Shown piece by piece: positions 60,667 through 64,000 of a stretch of 64,000 nt of DNA. The DNA comes from Fistulifera solaris (lineage: Eukaryota). The notes under the pieces are model-generated. The model searched no databases and was not told the DNA's origin. It saw nothing but the letters and a program-made list of their open reading frames with translations. A program made the position numbers and the translations under genes. Position 1 is the stretch's first letter. The number at the start of each line of letters is the position of its first letter. The stretch covers positions 248,001 to 312,000 of the forward strand of contig AP026123.1 in the NCBI GenBank assembly GCA_030295235.1, in the 5' to 3' direction.

Positions 60667-62085
60667 TTACACAAATGTTGCCACTTCGTTGAATCTTTGA
60701 AACAACTCTTCTCCAACCAAACCGACCGAAAGTGATCCCAACACAGGTAACGCGGCGTCGGGGACCATCGATGGAATCTTCGTCGCCGAGGACGAATCGG
60801 CAGCTTGATCTTGTTGCTGCTTCCAGACCATTGCCACTGGAATAATGCCGTAGAGCAACGGAGAGCCAAACGATCCCGCTAGATTGAGAGCTTCCGTGAA
60901 TCCGGACCCGCTACTGAATGCCAAGGCCGCAGACAAAGGAACTCCCAGTGAAAGACCGGCGGCGATCATGTTGTTGCTCTCGGGTGAATTGTCTTTTCGT
61001 TTACCAGGAACAAAGTTTTTGATTTCTTCCGACAAGGATAGCGATGTACCAAGGGTCGATCCCGCTATAGCAAAGACGGAAAAGGCGGATAGCAAAAGTT
61101 CCGCCAGGTCTCCTTGAATGCCACCGCCCAGCGATGTATAACACCAGCACAAGTACATGACGAGAGGAATGAAGGATCCTGTAATGAGAGCGGCAGTCAC
61201 TTTCGCTCGATCATAATCCAATAGCTTGACGACGGTGGGAACAATGTTTTGATAAATCATGGCGATGAGAATGACCGGTGCGGCTTCCATGGCGGCACTC
61301 ATGACATTGTCGGGGCTGGTTGTCGAAGCTGTCAACGTCCCCATCGGATCACTCACAGCCGCCATTCCAGGAATGACTATTGCAGCGAATGTGGCAAACA
61401 AAAGAGTCACGCAAACTGAACTGACTTGCGAAACATTCTTGGTAGATTGAGTGCCTACTACAACTGCAGCCAGACTAGCCCAAAGACACGAAGCCGTCCC
61501 CGCCGGCACCCCAAAGTAATCCACTCCCAAAACACCAGCTCGGCTGATATCAAACGATTGAATCAACCCGTTGACGAAGATGGAAATAGCAGCAATACCG
61601 TTCGCGGCTAGCGGATTCTTCAAATTCGCCTCGGCAAATTCTTGAAAGGAAGCAGGGACATCTTCGGCGGACGTTTCTCGTTGATGAATCGCCACTTGGG
61701 CCAGCAACAGACCCGAAACTAAGTTCACTATGTAAGCGGCTGCAAAGATTCCAGAAGAAGCCACGAGTCCGGGTTCTGCTGTGAGCTCTGGCATCACGAG
61801 ACAGCCAGCACCTACAGTATTTCCTGTAATCAGAAAGGATGCCCCCAGAACAGGAAGCACGAAACTGTCCCAGGCATTTGATGCCGTCGTTCTTTGTGAC
61901 GGGACTGTGTACGCTCTCGCATCTAGAGCGTCTTCTTTGTAAGGAAATTGAGATGAGGAGGTAGTGGATGTCGTGAAAGCCGATAGCTCTTCCTTCGTTC
62001 GCACGGCTTTGTTCTCTTGAATGACAAAGCCTTTGGCTGACGACGTAAGAAAGCCCAGTCCGATGAGTGAATGCAATCTCTTCAT
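60667..62085 (-). CDS. Aromatic amino acid permease (HAAAP; TyrP/Mtr-like), plastid-targeted
   Basis: Signal SAKG-FVI; GASFLITGNTVGAGCLVMP, YQNIVP and GSFIPLVMYLCW motifs; ~11 TM segments. Confidence 0.85.
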   Translation of the reverse strand: MKRLHSLIGLGFLTSSAKGFVIQENKAVRTKEELSAFTTSTTSSSQFPYKEDALDARAYTVPSQRTTASNAWDSFVLPVLGASFLITGNTVGAGCLVMPELTAEPGLVASSGIFAAAYIVNLVSGLLLAQVAIHQRETSAEDVPASFQEFAEANLKNPLAANGIAAISIFVNGLIQSFDISRAGVLGVDYFGVPAGTASCLWASLAAVVVGTQSTKNVSQVSSVCVTLLFATFAAIVIPGMAAVSDPMGTLTASTTSPDNVMSAAMEAAPVILIAMIYQNIVPTVVKLLDYDRAKVTAALITGSFIPLVMYLCWCYTSLGGGIQGDLAELLLSAFSVFAIAGSTLGTSLSLSEEIKNFVPGKRKDNSPESNNMIAAGLSLGVPLSAALAFSSGSGFTEALNLAGSFGSPLLYGIIPVAMVWKQQQDQAADSSSATKIPSMVPDAALPVLGSLSVGLVGEELFQRFNEVATFV

Positions 62086-62359
62086 CTCTAGAGTATGAAG
62101 CTTGCTATAAAAATAATATTAAAAGCAAAGTGTCTTCAAACGGAATGTCTTTAGTGTGCAGAAGGCGTCGAAGTTTGGCAACGGGCTTTCGAACCGCAAG
62201 AATGAGAAAACGGAACACGTTGGCCTTTTTCCAAAGCGAAAAAAAGAAAACAGAACTTTTGGTGAAATTCGGATGACAGCAGAACATCGTTGGCCTAAGT
62301 AACAAGTACCGGTACGAAAGCGCAAAAGCGGTTATCAAGTGCCGGATGCCGGAAGTTGA

Positions 62360-63292
62360 AAGTCTACGTAACCTTCACGTAGCTCTCGTGGGGAAATTTA
62401 TCGACAGAGGGAAAACCCGGATATTGTCCAATTTCGAACACACCATCTTTCGCGTCTTTTGGGCATCAATGTCACCAAAACGTTGCCCAACATTGCTTAT
62501 GCAAGCCATGAAACTTTATTCGACTTTTTGTTTGACAATGTAAGATGAAAAAGTAGAAAGACACGACGCTTCCAATGTCTACGCGTAATCTGCGTAGCCG
62601 CCGTAGGAAATTTATCTCTGCAGGGGTACCCGGAGTTTGTGTTCTTCGCCATCATCCAATTCTTCGACCTGCAGTGCACAGATGTCAGCGTGTCCTTATC
62701 CTCCGTATCTGGTTCGTATCTTGAAGCAATAATGGCCTTCGAAATGAAAACAAAACGTCGATGGAACGAACGATGCAGCGCTTCGAATGTCTACGTAACC
62801 TTCACGTAGCTCTCGTAGGGAAATTTATCGACAGAGGGGAAACCCGGATATTGTCCAATTTCGAACACACCATCTTTCGCGTCTTTTGGGCATCAATGTC
62901 ACCCAAACGTTGCCCAACATCGCTTATGTAAGCCATCAAACAATATTCAACTTTTAGTTGACAATGAAAGATGAAACAGTTGCAAGACACGACGCTTCCA
63001 ATGTCTACGCGTATTCTGCGTAGCCGCCGTAGGAAATTTATCTCTGCAGGGGTACCCGGAGTTTGCGTTCTTCGCCATCATCCAATTCTTCGACCTGCAG
63101 TGCACAGATGTCAGCGTGTCCTTATCCTCCGTATCTGGTTCGTCTCAAGACGCATTAATGGCCTTCGAAATGAAAACAAAACGTCGATGGAACGAACGAT
63201 GCAGCGCTTCGAATGTCTACGTAATCTTCACGTAGCTCTCGTAGGAAATTTATCGACAGAGGGAAAACCCGGATATTGTCCAATTTCGAACA
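62360..63292. repeat. Higher-order tandem repeat: A/B monomers of 212-215 bp, 426-bp dimer, ~4.4 monomers
   Basis: Core starts at 62360 (A), 62575 (B), 62787 (A), 63001 (B) and 63213 (A). Confidence 0.95.
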
Positions 63293-63479
63293 CGTTGTAG
63301 GGGTAGGGGTCGGGTACCGGTACCGGTACCGGTACCCAGATAATTCACGATGATGGCATCTCATCGGCGGAACCACCCAAAAAGCTGAGTCAAAAAAATA
63401 AAAATTGGTTGTGCAATCTCACTTTCCATCTATGGTTGCATTGTTATCATTTTTAAAATTTACTCTTTATGGTCTCAAC

Positions 63480-64000
63480 ATGCGATTTGATCATAGCGTA
63501 ATCATCTTTCTTGGGGCGTCGTTGCTGCCGCATTTAGATGCTTTTAGTTTTGTCAAAAACAGGGTGGCGCAACACCCGAAAGTAGCGTCACACATTCGGG
63601 TCTTTTCCAAAGATACTGATGATTATGACGATTGGTACGACGATTTCGATCCATCTGATTTCGAGACTCCTGCTCTTAGCAATGGCAGTCGTCGCCGACC
63701 GCATGGCTACATACGAGACACGAGCGAGGACAATTCGAATGTAAATTTAGATGCCGTGAATGCACTCTTGCAAGAAAGAGCAGATGCACGTTCAAACTGG
63801 AATTTCGATGTTGCGGATAAATTAAAAGAGCGGCTACTGCGAGAACACGGTGTGAGAGTGCTAGACAGGGAAGGGATTTGGAGGTCGGGATGCAGTGAAA
63901 GCGGCAGTGGTTCGAAGTTTGGTCGACGAAAACAGTCTCGTGGTAGGGATCCTATGATGGGTCGATCTGACTCTCGTCGTAGCACACCCTTACGCGATTT
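63480..64000 (+). CDS. Plastid-targeted protein with a CysRS C-terminal anticodon-binding-like domain (partial)
   Basis: Manual translation MRFDHSVIIFLGASLLPHLDA-FSF...VNALLQERADARSNWNFDVADKLKERLLREHGVRVLDREGIWR; open to the window end. Confidence 0.65.
   Translation, partial: MRFDHSVIIFLGASLLPHLDAFSFVKNRVAQHPKVASHIRVFSKDTDDYDDWYDDFDPSDFETPALSNGSRRRPHGYIRDTSEDNSNVNLDAVNALLQERADARSNWNFDVADKLKERLLREHGVRVLDREGIWRSGCSESGSGSKFGRRKQSRGRDPMMGRSDSRRSTPLRD

Noticed and set aside
62346..63376. Short ORFs in the A/B array as a 71-aa repeat protein
   Set aside because: Monomer lengths of 212, 214 and 215 bp break frame, and the frames translated hit stops with no recognisable domain.

Overview
Gene-dense eukaryotic nuclear DNA, most likely from a pennate diatom. 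The evidence is short GT-AG introns, many bipartite plastid presequences with ASAF-like cleavage sites, and a DUF6824-type diatom protein. About 36 protein-coding genes are visible, including a mitochondrial carrier, a NYN nuclease, a TauD-like dioxygenase, HADH, BUD22, a syntaxin, mL43, two adenylate-kinase-family enzymes, GT2, FKBP, RPA34, PRP3, plastid IF3, HAT1, a 5'-nucleotidase, UBC13, FNR, a RING protein, GluBP/HugZ-like, CTR, ATP synthase d and a TyrP-like permease. About 16 coding regions carry single-base frameshifts, mostly in homopolymers, which points to an unpolished long-read assembly. No rRNA, tRNA or CRISPR-cas was recognised. Highlights: (1) a plastid-targeted in-frame fusion of a Sm_multidrug_ex membrane domain to ferredoxin-NADP+ reductase; (2) four apparently unrelated tandem-repeat families with 212-231 bp periods, each built on short palindromes, one with a conserved covarying dyad core at two loci 50 kb apart; (3) dispersed GAC-N9-GTC and CCAGA-N3-TCTGG palindromes, mostly upstream of genes; (4) stacks of TA-delimited 3-5 nt inserts resembling serial Tc1/mariner excision footprints; (5) a 1.75 kb TIR element. 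All family assignments come from motif recognition by eye, not database searches.
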